Source of the DNA: a virus
Taxonomy: Duplodnaviria; Caudoviricetes
IMG/VR virus record: IMGVR_UViG_3300027749_000121
Location: 1 to 60,609 of that record
Reading direction: 5' to 3' (one strand)
DNA: 60,609 nucleotides
The number at the start of each line of letters is the position of its first letter. Position 1 is the first letter of the stretch. This document shows positions 7,466-15,784 of this stretch, in pieces. A program made the position numbers and the translations under genes. Below the pieces are notes generated by a model, which searched no databases, had not been told where the DNA came from, and was given only the letters and a program-made list of their open reading frames with translations.

Positions 7466-9954
7466 TTTCCAGAACCTTGGTTCCTGCTATTTTGGAGCGC
7501 AGCAGTACGCGCTTGTAAATCCATCTGGGCTTTACTCTTTGCGATGTCGGAGCCCATCTGGACGCCGGCACGTTCTTGTTCGAACTGGGTCTTAGCTTGG
7601 GACTCTTTGATTTGTGCACCCACTTTGAGGGCGTCGAGTTCCAAGCGACCGCTGACTTCCTGTTCTCTTAACTGCTGTGCGTCTGCTTGAGCCGCGGCAT
7701 CCATCATGATCTTCTGTTTCTTCAGTTCTAGCTCTTGGCCTTTAAGCTGGAGTTCCTGCATCTGCATCTGCATGACGGGGTCTTGTGCTTGCTGCTGTGC
7801 TTGCATCTGAGCCGCCTGTGCTTGGTTCTGCATAAGAACCTGCTGAGCCGCTTGAGCCATCATGCCGGACAACGCAATCTCGATCTGCGGTGGCAATTTC
7901 TCGTCTTCGGGAGGCAGGGGCATACCCAACTGCTGCTCAATCTGCTGGCGCATTTTGTAGCCAACGTGCTCTGAAATGTGAGCCGTGATCGCCCCCATGA
8001 TCTTAGCGGCTTGTGGGTTTTGACCAATGAATTGCTGAATCATCGGGTCTTGGAGCAACATCATGTGTACTTGGATGTGCGCGGCGTGATCTTGGTGCAA
8101 GAACGCTTTGAGCGGTGTACCTTTAAGTGCATTTTGGTTTTCCTGCACGGGATCGATTGGCTTCTGATCGTCCTCAATTGGCACAAGTTTTTCAGCGTTC
8201 TTGATACCCAAGACGTTCAACATACCGCGGTGTAACTCTGGCAAGTTGTAAATGTCTGGAGCCATCTGCGCCATCTGGATCACAGCTTGATACTGGATCA
8301 CGCGCTGGCTCATGGTGGCCGCATTGGGGTCAGACACGGGGATGATGTCTACCAAATCATAGTCAGACTTCTTAGCTTTACGTGAGCCGTATTCAGGTGT
8401 GTATGTGTAATCTGGGTCGGTGTAGTCGCGGATGATGTTCTTCAAAAGTTTTAACTCTTGCTTCAGCGCAAAGTGCACACGAGCCTGCACCGCAGTCATT
8501 ACCTTTAACTGACGCTCCAGCAACGCCAGCGTTGTACCAACGGGAGCCTGCGCAGACATGTCAGACACCTTCATGTCAGCAGTTGCGGCAAAACGCCTGC
8601 CTTCATCCACGATGGTCTGCATCAAGTTAAACAGCGTCTGGCTTGGCTCCTTGTACGGCAGGGGCAGGATGTTGTCGCGGATCGTGCCCGAACCTACGTC
8701 TACGTCACGGAACTCTCCGGGTGCGATTGGGGTGTCGTCTCCTTTGATTCGCAGGCCCCGTGTCTTAAGTCCACCGGGCAAGTTGCTGAGTGTTCCTGCA
8801 TCGACAAGTTGTCGCATGAGGGATGTAGCGGATTTAGCAAAGCCTCCGATAAGGTGGAAAAGCCCGAAGCCGTAAGCTCCAAAACCCGGAATATATTGGT
8901 AGTGAACAAAGTGCTGGCGCTTGAGTCGGAGGTCATCTTCTTCCTTCCAGTTGCGGCGGATTGACAAGATGTCGTTTGTACCTTTAATCAACGTGACAAC
9001 GTACGGCAGCATGATGCCGGTCTCTTCGTCATCAACCATGTCTTCGTAGCCTTCAAGGTTCAAGTCCACGTGGCACTCATACAGGGTGTAGCGGTCGTCA
9101 TTCAAATCGCTAAAGCCAGTCTCTTTGTCCTTGGCTTTCTGAATGTCTGTCAACTCTTTGGGGGCGTCAGTCAGCTCAATGTCAATGTAAAAGCCCGCTT
9201 GCTGAAGCTTGAGAATCTCGTTCTTGGTCTTGCGCATGACGTGCGTGATGCGGTAGCAAGTATCCAAATCTGTTGTGCCATACGGCAGATACATATCTTC
9301 CGCAGGAATAAACATCGACACTTGACGTCCCAAATTGGGATCGTAGTACACCTTCTTGAAAGCTGAGCCTGTGGCCGGCAGTGACCAGAGCATGCGCTCG
9401 TGTTCAGCGCGGTATTCTGTCATGACTTCCGTCAACTCGTGGTTCATGTCCTCTTCAATGTTGGCCGCGATCTCTTTCATCTCTGGCGTGTCTTTACCCA
9501 GAATCTTAGAACGCACAGGGCCGGAAGCAGGGAACGTCTCAGTAATCGTCTCAGCTTGGAAGCGCACAACGGCTTCGGTAATCATGGGGTGGAACACACC
9601 GCATGCGCCGTTCCAAGGTTCTGTGCGTTCTTCAATCTGCAAGCCCAAAAGCTTCAAACCATCAACGTACGTCTTCTCCCAATCCTTGCGGCCATTCTTG
9701 TCATTGTCAATGTCAGACACCAACTCACTGGCCAGCGACTGCAAGGCACCGCTACTTATGTACTCGGCCAAGTTATCGTCAAAGCCTTCTTCATCGTCAC
9801 CCTCTCCGGGCTTGAGGGTAATCTCCATCCCGTCCATGCCGATGGTGACTTCTTCGGGATCAACGATCTCGATCTCAAGGGGGGATTCTTGCTCGCCCAG
9901 CGCGTCAATGCCCATAGGTTGTTGGTACAGCGCTTTGTCGATGTTGGTAGCCAT
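7462..9954 (-). CDS. Portal protein (P22-like, long Q-rich C-terminal barrel)
   Basis: 830 aa downstream of terminase; GSAFKKVYYD, GFGLFHLIG; C-terminal coiled coil. Confidence 0.9.
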   Translation of the reverse strand: MATNIDKALYQQPMGIDALGEQESPLEIEIVDPEEVTIGMDGMEITLKPGEGDDEEGFDDNLAEYISSGALQSLASELVSDIDNDKNGRKDWEKTYVDGLKLLGLQIEERTEPWNGACGVFHPMITEAVVRFQAETITETFPASGPVRSKILGKDTPEMKEIAANIEEDMNHELTEVMTEYRAEHERMLWSLPATGSAFKKVYYDPNLGRQVSMFIPAEDMYLPYGTTDLDTCYRITHVMRKTKNEILKLQQAGFYIDIELTDAPKELTDIQKAKDKETGFSDLNDDRYTLYECHVDLNLEGYEDMVDDEETGIMLPYVVTLIKGTNDILSIRRNWKEEDDLRLKRQHFVHYQYIPGFGAYGFGLFHLIGGFAKSATSLMRQLVDAGTLSNLPGGLKTRGLRIKGDDTPIAPGEFRDVDVGSGTIRDNILPLPYKEPSQTLFNLMQTIVDEGRRFAATADMKVSDMSAQAPVGTTLALLERQLKVMTAVQARVHFALKQELKLLKNIIRDYTDPDYTYTPEYGSRKAKKSDYDLVDIIPVSDPNAATMSQRVIQYQAVIQMAQMAPDIYNLPELHRGMLNVLGIKNAEKLVPIEDDQKPIDPVQENQNALKGTPLKAFLHQDHAAHIQVHMMLLQDPMIQQFIGQNPQAAKIMGAITAHISEHVGYKMRQQIEQQLGMPLPPEDEKLPPQIEIALSGMMAQAAQQVLMQNQAQAAQMQAQQQAQDPVMQMQMQELQLKGQELELKKQKIMMDAAAQADAQQLREQEVSGRLELDALKVGAQIKESQAKTQFEQERAGVQMGSDIAKSKAQMDLQARTAALQNSRNQGSGK

Positions 9955-9955
9955 G

Positions 9956-10225
9956 TCAGAATTTCTTTCTCAAAGTTGCACGGTTTGTGCTGGGGTCGTA
10001 TTTAAAGGCCGACGGTTTCTTACCTGTGCGTTGGCTTGCTCTGTCAAGAGCGCGTTCTTCAGCCGTCATAGCATCGCGCTTTTTACCGGCGTCTGTCAAA
10101 TTTCCCTGCGCGTCTACATGCCCACGCTGGCGCAGCACATCCAAAGCTCCTTCACGCGAACCCATCTGCGCGGCCAATCGGTCGATCAGTTGGTTCTTAC
10201 CCATGAACTTTTGTGTTGTCATCAA
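9956..10225 (-). CDS. Hypothetical basic protein
   Basis: Coupled between terL and portal. Confidence 0.65.
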   Translation of the reverse strand: MMTTQKFMGKNQLIDRLAAQMGSREGALDVLRQRGHVDAQGNLTDAGKKRDAMTAEERALDRASQRTGKKPSAFKYDPSTNRATLRKKF

Positions 10226-11763
10226 TAGTATTCGTATCTTCTGCGGCGAAAAAGCTCAAGCTCATCTTTCTCATCCGTGTCCAAACTGATAAAGCCGCCT
10301 TGCCTAAAGCGTAGCAGCGCCTGTGTTGTTGTATCCACGTAGTCGTCGTGCTCCCCAACAGGGAACGCGGCCATCTCTTCAATCACTTCCCGTGCCCAGC
10401 GTGTGTCGGGTGCCCAGACTTTACCACTGCTGAATAAATCCGCAACTGCGTTCACCCGCACCATCTTGTCGTTGCCCCTTGACGGACTGAACTCTTGGAC
10501 TGGGATCCCTAACGCCCTGAGTTCTTGGATCAGTGGTGCGCCAGCCGCCTTTTTCTCCACAATGAACGCGTCAGGCTCCCATTCTTTATACTGTTTGAGC
10601 GCAACGACCTTGAGTTCTGGAAAAGCCATCCGGTCTTTAAGAGCGTCGAGCAAGATAACTTGAGGCGTGTCATTTTCTTCCTCGTTGTAGAAGATTCCCC
10701 ACGTTGTGCAGGCTGAATAGTCCGAGTTGTTCTTGGTTTCAAAGGCCGTATCCCAAGACTGAATGATATATTCGCACTTCGGCGGGTCATCGTGCTCCCA
10801 AATACGCCACATCTTACGGCTGACGATGGCAGAGTTCTCAGAAGTTGGTTGCTGCATGTACTGCGCGTTCCAATACCGTGGGTCAATCGACGCTTTTGTT
10901 GATTTCAACGCTTCAAGCGACCACTGCTCTGGCCAAAGAGACTTCTCGTCGTCTTCGTTCTCGTTCAGAATGGCCGGTAACTCCACGATCTCCCATGGAA
11001 TAGCCTCTGGGTTCTTGGTCTGGTAGTCAATCAGGCGCCCAGTCAGGTCTAGGAGCGACCAACGGGTCATCACAATGATAATCCCCCCGCCCGGCATCAG
11101 ACGTTGCAAGGGGCCTGTCTGGAACCAAGACCATGCCGTATCAAACGCAAGTCTACTGTTGGACTTTACGTCTTGCTCAGAATGAGGGTCGTCAATAACA
11201 AATAAATCGGCGCCACGACCAGCCAGTGCTCCACCGACACCAGCAGCATAGTACTGACCCCCAGCGCTAGTAGACCATTTGCCAGCAGCCTTTTGGTCGT
11301 CTGCAACAAGAGTTTGAGGAAAGACATCACGGTACTCCTCCGAATCAATCAAGTTACGTATGCGCCTACCAAAGTCTTCAGACAGACCCGCAGTGTGCGT
11401 GCCCATGATGATCTTCTTCTCAGGATATTTACCTAGAAAGTACGCAGGAAACAAGTAAGATGAGAACTCAGACTTACCCATACGAGGCGCAATGTTGATA
11501 ATCACGCGCTTCTTGCGTCCCTCGACCACGTCCGTAAAGATTTTAGCTAGCTTCTTGTGATGGGGGCCAATCTTAAAGCCGGGGTACACGGCCGTAGCGA
11601 ACCCAAGCATGTTTGTTTTGGCCGCCTGTAGTTTGGCGCGGGACTCACGAAGCTCCAAGTCGTCAAACAACTCCATCTTTTCCTGTACGTTCATGTAAGG
11701 CAAAGCTTTGGCCATGGCTTCTAGCTCAAGCTTACTTAAGGTGGTGAAGTTCTCAGGCTTCAT
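10222..11763 (-). CDS. terL: Terminase large subunit
   Basis: Walker A APRMGKS, Walker B FVIDDP, MTRW coupling motif, RNase H-like SWDTA and HDDYVD. Confidence 0.96.
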   Translation of the reverse strand: MKPENFTTLSKLELEAMAKALPYMNVQEKMELFDDLELRESRAKLQAAKTNMLGFATAVYPGFKIGPHHKKLAKIFTDVVEGRKKRVIINIAPRMGKSEFSSYLFPAYFLGKYPEKKIIMGTHTAGLSEDFGRRIRNLIDSEEYRDVFPQTLVADDQKAAGKWSTSAGGQYYAAGVGGALAGRGADLFVIDDPHSEQDVKSNSRLAFDTAWSWFQTGPLQRLMPGGGIIIVMTRWSLLDLTGRLIDYQTKNPEAIPWEIVELPAILNENEDDEKSLWPEQWSLEALKSTKASIDPRYWNAQYMQQPTSENSAIVSRKMWRIWEHDDPPKCEYIIQSWDTAFETKNNSDYSACTTWGIFYNEEENDTPQVILLDALKDRMAFPELKVVALKQYKEWEPDAFIVEKKAAGAPLIQELRALGIPVQEFSPSRGNDKMVRVNAVADLFSSGKVWAPDTRWAREVIEEMAAFPVGEHDDYVDTTTQALLRFRQGGFISLDTDEKDELELFRRRRYEYY

Positions 11764-12328
11764 CTTTATCTTCTGTTACATCAACTACGTCGATCACACC
11801 CATGAACCTGTTGAGCTTTTCTTTAATACGCATCTCTAGCTCTGTGTCAGACATCTGGGTCTTCTTGACCTCAACCCGTTCGGTAAACAGTGCCACTTCT
11901 GTGACTTTGCCTAGCATGTCTAGCGCTTTAAGCCTGACGCGTGCGTCTGGGTGTTCAACTTCTTTTAGGATCTGAGCGACTGCGTAACCCCTGAGTTCCT
12001 TGGCCTGCTCAACAAAAGCCCAATCGTAGGCAGTCAGCATCCCAACTAAATGCTGCACTGCAGCAGGCGTCTTTAAATTAGCTAGTGCTTGTTGTGTATT
12101 CCCAACAGGCTGGCCTGTCACGAGAGAAGCAAAAGATTTACGGGCTGATTCTTGCTCTGCCTTAGACTCAATCTCTTCATCTTCCAACTCTAGGTTCTTC
12201 AACCATTCAGCGGTCTTGACTTTGGCGTCGATGGTCGTGGTTGGATCTGCCTTTTCAAAAGACAGCACTGCAGCAGTGGCGTCTACCACCTCTGGATGAA
12301 ACTCGCCGTTAATCAGATGTTCAAGCAT
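11753..12328 (-). CDS. terS: Terminase small subunit (probable)
   Basis: Immediately upstream of terL; RLKALDMLGK..LFTERVEV motif. Confidence 0.75.
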   Translation of the reverse strand: MLEHLINGEFHPEVVDATAAVLSFEKADPTTTIDAKVKTAEWLKNLELEDEEIESKAEQESARKSFASLVTGQPVGNTQQALANLKTPAAVQHLVGMLTAYDWAFVEQAKELRGYAVAQILKEVEHPDARVRLKALDMLGKVTEVALFTERVEVKKTQMSDTELEMRIKEKLNRFMGVIDVVDVTEDKDEA

Positions 12329-12355
12329 TGCGTAGGGTTAGTGCTGGCGTCGCAC

Positions 12356-12384
12356 TTGTTGCCTCGTTGCAGTTAGTGTACACT
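12356..12384 (+). promoter_or_regulatory. Promoter TTGTTG-N17-TACACT for candidate sRNA
   Basis: Hexamers and 17-bp spacer seen; points away from terS. Confidence 0.5.
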
Positions 12385-12390
12385 TATTTC

Positions 12391-12474
12391 CGGTGATGGC
12401 GCAAGTCATTGCTTCTCCTTGATGGTTTCAGTTGCCATCTTCAGCCCCGGACATAAGCACCCGGGGCTTTTTTT
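12391..12474 (+). ncRNA. Candidate anti-RBS small RNA
   Basis: Upstream promoter, stem 12395-12400/12434-12439 enclosing CATTGCTTCTCCTTGATG, ends in intrinsic terminator. Confidence 0.55.
12443..12474 (+). terminator. Rho-independent terminator
   Basis: AGCCCCGG-N10-CCGGGGCT followed by T tract. Confidence 0.8.
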
Positions 12475-12483
12475 ATATGGTAT

Positions 12484-12499
12484 TGTCCAACGTTTGACA
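12484..12499. promoter_or_regulatory. Operator-like palindrome TGTCCAACGTTTGACA overlapping divergent promoter candidates
   Basis: Related sites at 19352 and 28018; overlaps TTGACA-N19-TATAAT (+) and ATGTCA-N17-TATAAA (-). Confidence 0.55.
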
Positions 12500-12727
12500 T
12501 GGTACCTTGGAAATTTTTTATAATTTTTGGGGGGTGGGGTGTTTGGGTCTTGTTTTTTGAAAAATGTGATTTGCGGGTGTGGAACAGTGTTCATGCGCGC
12601 GGTGGGACTCCGACTATACAGCTGGGGGTGGGGGATGGGTGGGGTTTAGGGATAGCCAAAATGACCTTTGCCAAACCCCCCATATGGATACTGAAAGTGT
12701 TGATTAGCAATAGTGCTGAGCAACAAC

Positions 12728-12743
12728 GGGGAAAGGTTTCCCC
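12728..12743. repeat. GGGGAAANNTTTCCCC box 1
   Basis: GGGGAAAGGTTTCCCC. Confidence 0.9.
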
Positions 12744-12767
12744 ATTCAATCCACTTAGGAGATAGTC

Positions 12768-13190
12768 ATGTCAGTTAAAACAAATGTAGCTCTGTTCTGC
12801 AAAGCAGGTGTAACCAAAGCCGAAGCCATCGATGCGCTCAAGCGTGACCCGAGCCTCAAGCGCAAAGCCAAGGACACATTGCGTGTGTTGCTGTTGCCGT
12901 TCGTGGCAGAGTTCTGGAAGAAGGATGGCGGCTCGTTGCTCAAGGATGGCGAGGGCAAAGCCAAGGGCACACAGGTCTTGGATAGTAGCCACAAGAACTA
13001 TGAGAACGCTAAGCGTGATCTGTACGATATCGTCAAGGCGATATCAAGCGGATCAAGTGGCAAGAAGGAAGCCATCGAGATACCTGCCGAGTTAATTGCC
13101 GCCGCCGAGAAGCTAGCTAAGCTATCCAAGAAGTATGAGCAATCTCGCAGTCTTGCTAACAAAGCTGTGGCTGAAGCGTTTGCTCAATAA
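12768..13190 (+). CDS. First early gene, basic helical hypothetical protein
   Basis: AGGAG RBS; K/A-rich, 140 aa. Confidence 0.8.
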   Translation: MSVKTNVALFCKAGVTKAEAIDALKRDPSLKRKAKDTLRVLLLPFVAEFWKKDGGSLLKDGEGKAKGTQVLDSSHKNYENAKRDLYDIVKAISSGSSGKKEAIEIPAELIAAAEKLAKLSKKYEQSRSLANKAVAEAFAQ

Positions 13191-13197
13191 TCACAAT

Positions 13198-13213
13198 GGG
13201 GAAAAGTTTCCCC
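13198..13213. repeat. GGGGAAANNTTTCCCC box 2
   Basis: GGGGAAAAGTTTCCCC. Confidence 0.9.
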
Positions 13214-13292
13214 GTTCTTCCATGGCGGTGCAAGCATGAGGCTTGCCCGCTGTTTCATTTCTTGTCCAATCCAAACTCGGGAGTCAATAATC

Positions 13293-13451
13293 ATGTTCAC
13301 AATTATCGTTCGCAACAACGGCATCACCCACGAATACAAAACCGAATCACAAAGCGATGCTCGTGTTTTGTTCCACGCCTTGACTGTAACCTTCCTCCAT
13401 GTAGAAGCGTGGCTTGGCTCAGAGCTAGTTCAAGAATACAAGAACTGCTAA
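13293..13451 (+). CDS. Small early hypothetical protein (start revised)
   Basis: GGGAG RBS before ATG 13293; 52 aa. Confidence 0.65.
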   Translation: MFTIIVRNNGITHEYKTESQSDARVLFHALTVTFLHVEAWLGSELVQEYKNC

Positions 13452-13526
13452 TCCGCAGGGATTTCTACAAGCATAGCGTGCTGTGCTTGTGGGGCTATCC
13501 TGCCCAATACGATCAAGGAGATCACC

Positions 13527-13748
13527 ATGTACCAACTATTCAACCAATACCGCACCAAAGAAGTAGGCATCGTGCAAATCGGCGCTCGTGAGTATCACTT
13601 GCAATACCACTACCCCAATGGCGGTAGCAACTACGTTGTCTACGTCTTCAGCACGAACCTAGCGGAACGTGGGCGTGTGTTCAGCACCGATGAAGCAGCA
13701 CTCGAATGGATAGGCAAACAACCCACACAACTGCCCCTGTTCTCTTGA
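13527..13748 (+). CDS. Small early hypothetical protein
   Basis: AAGGAG RBS; C-terminal QLPLF resembles a beta-clamp-binding motif. Confidence 0.75.
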   Translation: MYQLFNQYRTKEVGIVQIGAREYHLQYHYPNGGSNYVVYVFSTNLAERGRVFSTDEAALEWIGKQPTQLPLFS

Positions 13749-13750
13749 AT

Positions 13751-13766
13751 GGGGAAAGGTTTCCCC
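13751..13766. repeat. GGGGAAANNTTTCCCC box 3
   Basis: GGGGAAAGGTTTCCCC. Confidence 0.9.
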
Positions 13767-13808
13767 ATCACTATGATTATTGACGTCAATAATCTTGTTT
13801 TTTCACGA

Positions 13809-14100
13809 TATCCATGTGTATTGCGTACTGGACGATCAGGTAGACACCTCGCAAGCCGCATGAATGCTAGCGTGGCTCAAAAAAGTGTCATCTTATCTAT
13901 CTTTTTAATATATATATATATATATAGAAGTATATTTATGGGGGGTAGCTCTTTTTCTTTTGCTTGGACTTCTTTTAAAAGACAAGCCCAAGTGCTCTCC
14001 CCAAAAAAGGTAGATAGCTTGCCACATTTATCAAGCAAGCCAGTATTCATGCGGTCTAGCGGGTGTCTACCGAATTGTCCGCTACTATATACACAGGACA
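13809..14100. repeat. Degenerate ~98-bp inverted repeat around an AT-rich/(TA)9 spacer; candidate replication origin
   Basis: Arms 13809-13906 and 14004-14100 align at about 69/98 positions by hand; TA run 13909-13926. Confidence 0.65.
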
Positions 14101-14146
14101 GATTCGGGGTAAAATGTCCACTTGTACTTTGAAAGGATCAATAATC

Positions 14147-14842
14147 ATGTACGAAACATACCTCAACCTCACGCCAAACGAGCTTCATCAAAGATTATTG
14201 AAGCGCAACCGACACCCATCCGAGATCACGCAGATCAAAGACACAGTCGCTCAGATGAAGGAAAAGATGCGTGTCGACAAGATCACACGCCATCAGCGCA
14301 AGCTTGCATGGGACAACGTACTCAAACCGCTACGCTACGAACTCAACAGTGCCAAGGTTGGGCGTGCCTACGATCTCGATGATGAAGATCGTGTTGAGGT
14401 GTTCGATGCGTACATCGCTGTGATGGAGAAGCTATTAAACCGCTTTGCACACCCATCAAGATTATTGGAGCAAACGCCCATGCAACTGGGCAAGGACAAG
14501 AACTTACCTAACGATGGTGAGCATTGGACTGACTGGATACCGCACCGAATCAAGACGCCCATAGCCGAGGCGTTCTACGCCCTACCGCATAAGGCGAAGG
14601 CTAAGCGCAAACTACCCTTCCAACGCACGATGCTGCTCGATCAGCACGCCAAGGCAAAGCTAAGATTATTGAAGTCTACAAACAAAGAACTAGACACGCT
14701 CGAACGCAGACAGGCGGTCGCACCAACCGATGAGCGCACAGATAAGCTGGGGCGTATACGCAAAGCCATCAAGATTATTGACGCTATGCAACCACATGAT
14801 GTAGTACCCGCAACATGGAACACCTTAGATTTGGGAGAGTGA
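14147..14842 (+). CDS. Basic helical hypothetical protein (start revised)
   Basis: AAAGGA RBS before ATG 14147; 231 aa. Confidence 0.8.
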   Translation: MYETYLNLTPNELHQRLLKRNRHPSEITQIKDTVAQMKEKMRVDKITRHQRKLAWDNVLKPLRYELNSAKVGRAYDLDDEDRVEVFDAYIAVMEKLLNRFAHPSRLLEQTPMQLGKDKNLPNDGEHWTDWIPHRIKTPIAEAFYALPHKAKAKRKLPFQRTMLLDQHAKAKLRLLKSTNKELDTLERRQAVAPTDERTDKLGRIRKAIKIIDAMQPHDVVPATWNTLDLGE

Positions 14843-14868
14843 GCACGACCAATGTCTGCTCTCACAAC

Positions 14869-14884
14869 GGGGAAAACTTTCCCC
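14869..14884. repeat. GGGGAAANNTTTCCCC box 4
   Basis: GGGGAAAACTTTCCCC. Confidence 0.9.
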
Positions 14885-14961
14885 ATTCCCTTTTTACCCC
14901 TCGGTCTCGGCGCTTGGGCAATGCCGATGACCATCCTCAAACTGCCTACAAGGAGAAGGCT

Positions 14962-15252
14962 ATGACTTATGAAAACGCAGCAAAAGAGTGGATAGAAAGT
15001 TCGCCATATGTGGACATCCCTGTTGGGCGGTTCACGCTCAGATTCAAATTGACCATCGACAGAGATTGGGGCTGGGTTTGGGAACACATGACGTGGATCC
15101 TCGCAGGAAAAGAATACTGGGAATCGCCAGAGGAAACGTACTTCGATGGTATTTACGACGAAATGAACGCAGACCTACACGATATGTCGTTCATAGATGA
15201 GTTGTTAGAGGCAATGCAGAAGAAACCATTTAACCAAGGAGAAAGCAAATGA
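14962..15252 (+). CDS. Acidic, Trp-rich early hypothetical protein (start revised)
   Basis: AAGGAG RBS before ATG 14962. Confidence 0.75.
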   Translation: MTYENAAKEWIESSPYVDIPVGRFTLRFKLTIDRDWGWVWEHMTWILAGKEYWESPEETYFDGIYDEMNADLHDMSFIDELLEAMQKKPFNQGESK

Positions 15253-15473
15253 CCAAAGTCAAACACAAGACAAACGTGCAACTTATCAACGGACTCATGA
15301 CGCACTCACAAAAAGGCGTGCTCATGCAGGCATTCATCATCGAGGCTATCGCCAAGTACGCAGAGCAGACCAAAGTGTCCCCTGCTTGGGCGAATGAGGG
15401 CTTCATAAGCGAAGCCGCATGGCGTGCGTGTGCTGACGAGGCGCTGGATGCAATCAACAACAGGAGTTTGTAA
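15249..15473 (+). CDS. Early hypothetical protein
   Basis: RBS, ATGA coupling. Confidence 0.75.
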   Translation: MTKVKHKTNVQLINGLMTHSQKGVLMQAFIIEAIAKYAEQTKVSPAWANEGFISEAAWRACADEALDAINNRSL

Positions 15474-15712
15474 TGAGAGTAATACGTATCCGTATACACG
15501 GGAGATACACAGCCCCGTTCAATAACCCGTTCACGGCTAACGCCCTTGTCATGCCAGTTGAGTTATCCGACTCGATGCGTGACGATGTGCTGAAGAAGTA
15601 CCACGACACGTTCTACGTGTTCAATGCGGGTGACCCAATCGTAGGTGAGCATCGCACCTTCGAGGTGTATTCGTTCGATGTAATAGATGACATGGAGGTA
15701 GCCCTAGCCTGA
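15473..15712 (+). CDS. Early hypothetical protein
   Basis: AGGAG RBS, TAATG coupling. Confidence 0.7.
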   Translation: MRVIRIRIHGRYTAPFNNPFTANALVMPVELSDSMRDDVLKKYHDTFYVFNAGDPIVGEHRTFEVYSFDVIDDMEVALA

Positions 15713-15740
15713 GCAACAGGCGCTGTTAGTTTGTTAGTTC

Positions 15741-15756
15741 GGGGAAAGCTTTCCCC
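15741..15756. repeat. GGGGAAANNTTTCCCC box 5
   Basis: GGGGAAAGCTTTCCCC (perfect palindrome). Confidence 0.9.
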
Positions 15757-15784
15757 ATTCTTTTTATACATCAAGGAGAAACGT

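Noticed and set aside
9356-10228. Long + strand ORFs (290 and 201 aa) opposite the portal gene
   Set aside because: Antisense shadows of a well-supported gene; no RBS or motifs
12406-12765. ORFs 12406-12594 (-) and 12499-12765 (+)
   Set aside because: Translate homopolymer regulatory DNA; no RBS
13749-14132. 127-aa ORF across the inverted repeat
   Set aside because: Reads through box 3 and the TA tract (IYIYIY), no RBS; region is better explained as non-coding
15702-15730. boxB/boxA-like nut site (GCCTG-AGCAA-CAGGC, CGCTGTTAG)
   Set aside because: Short weak match and no N-like antiterminator identified
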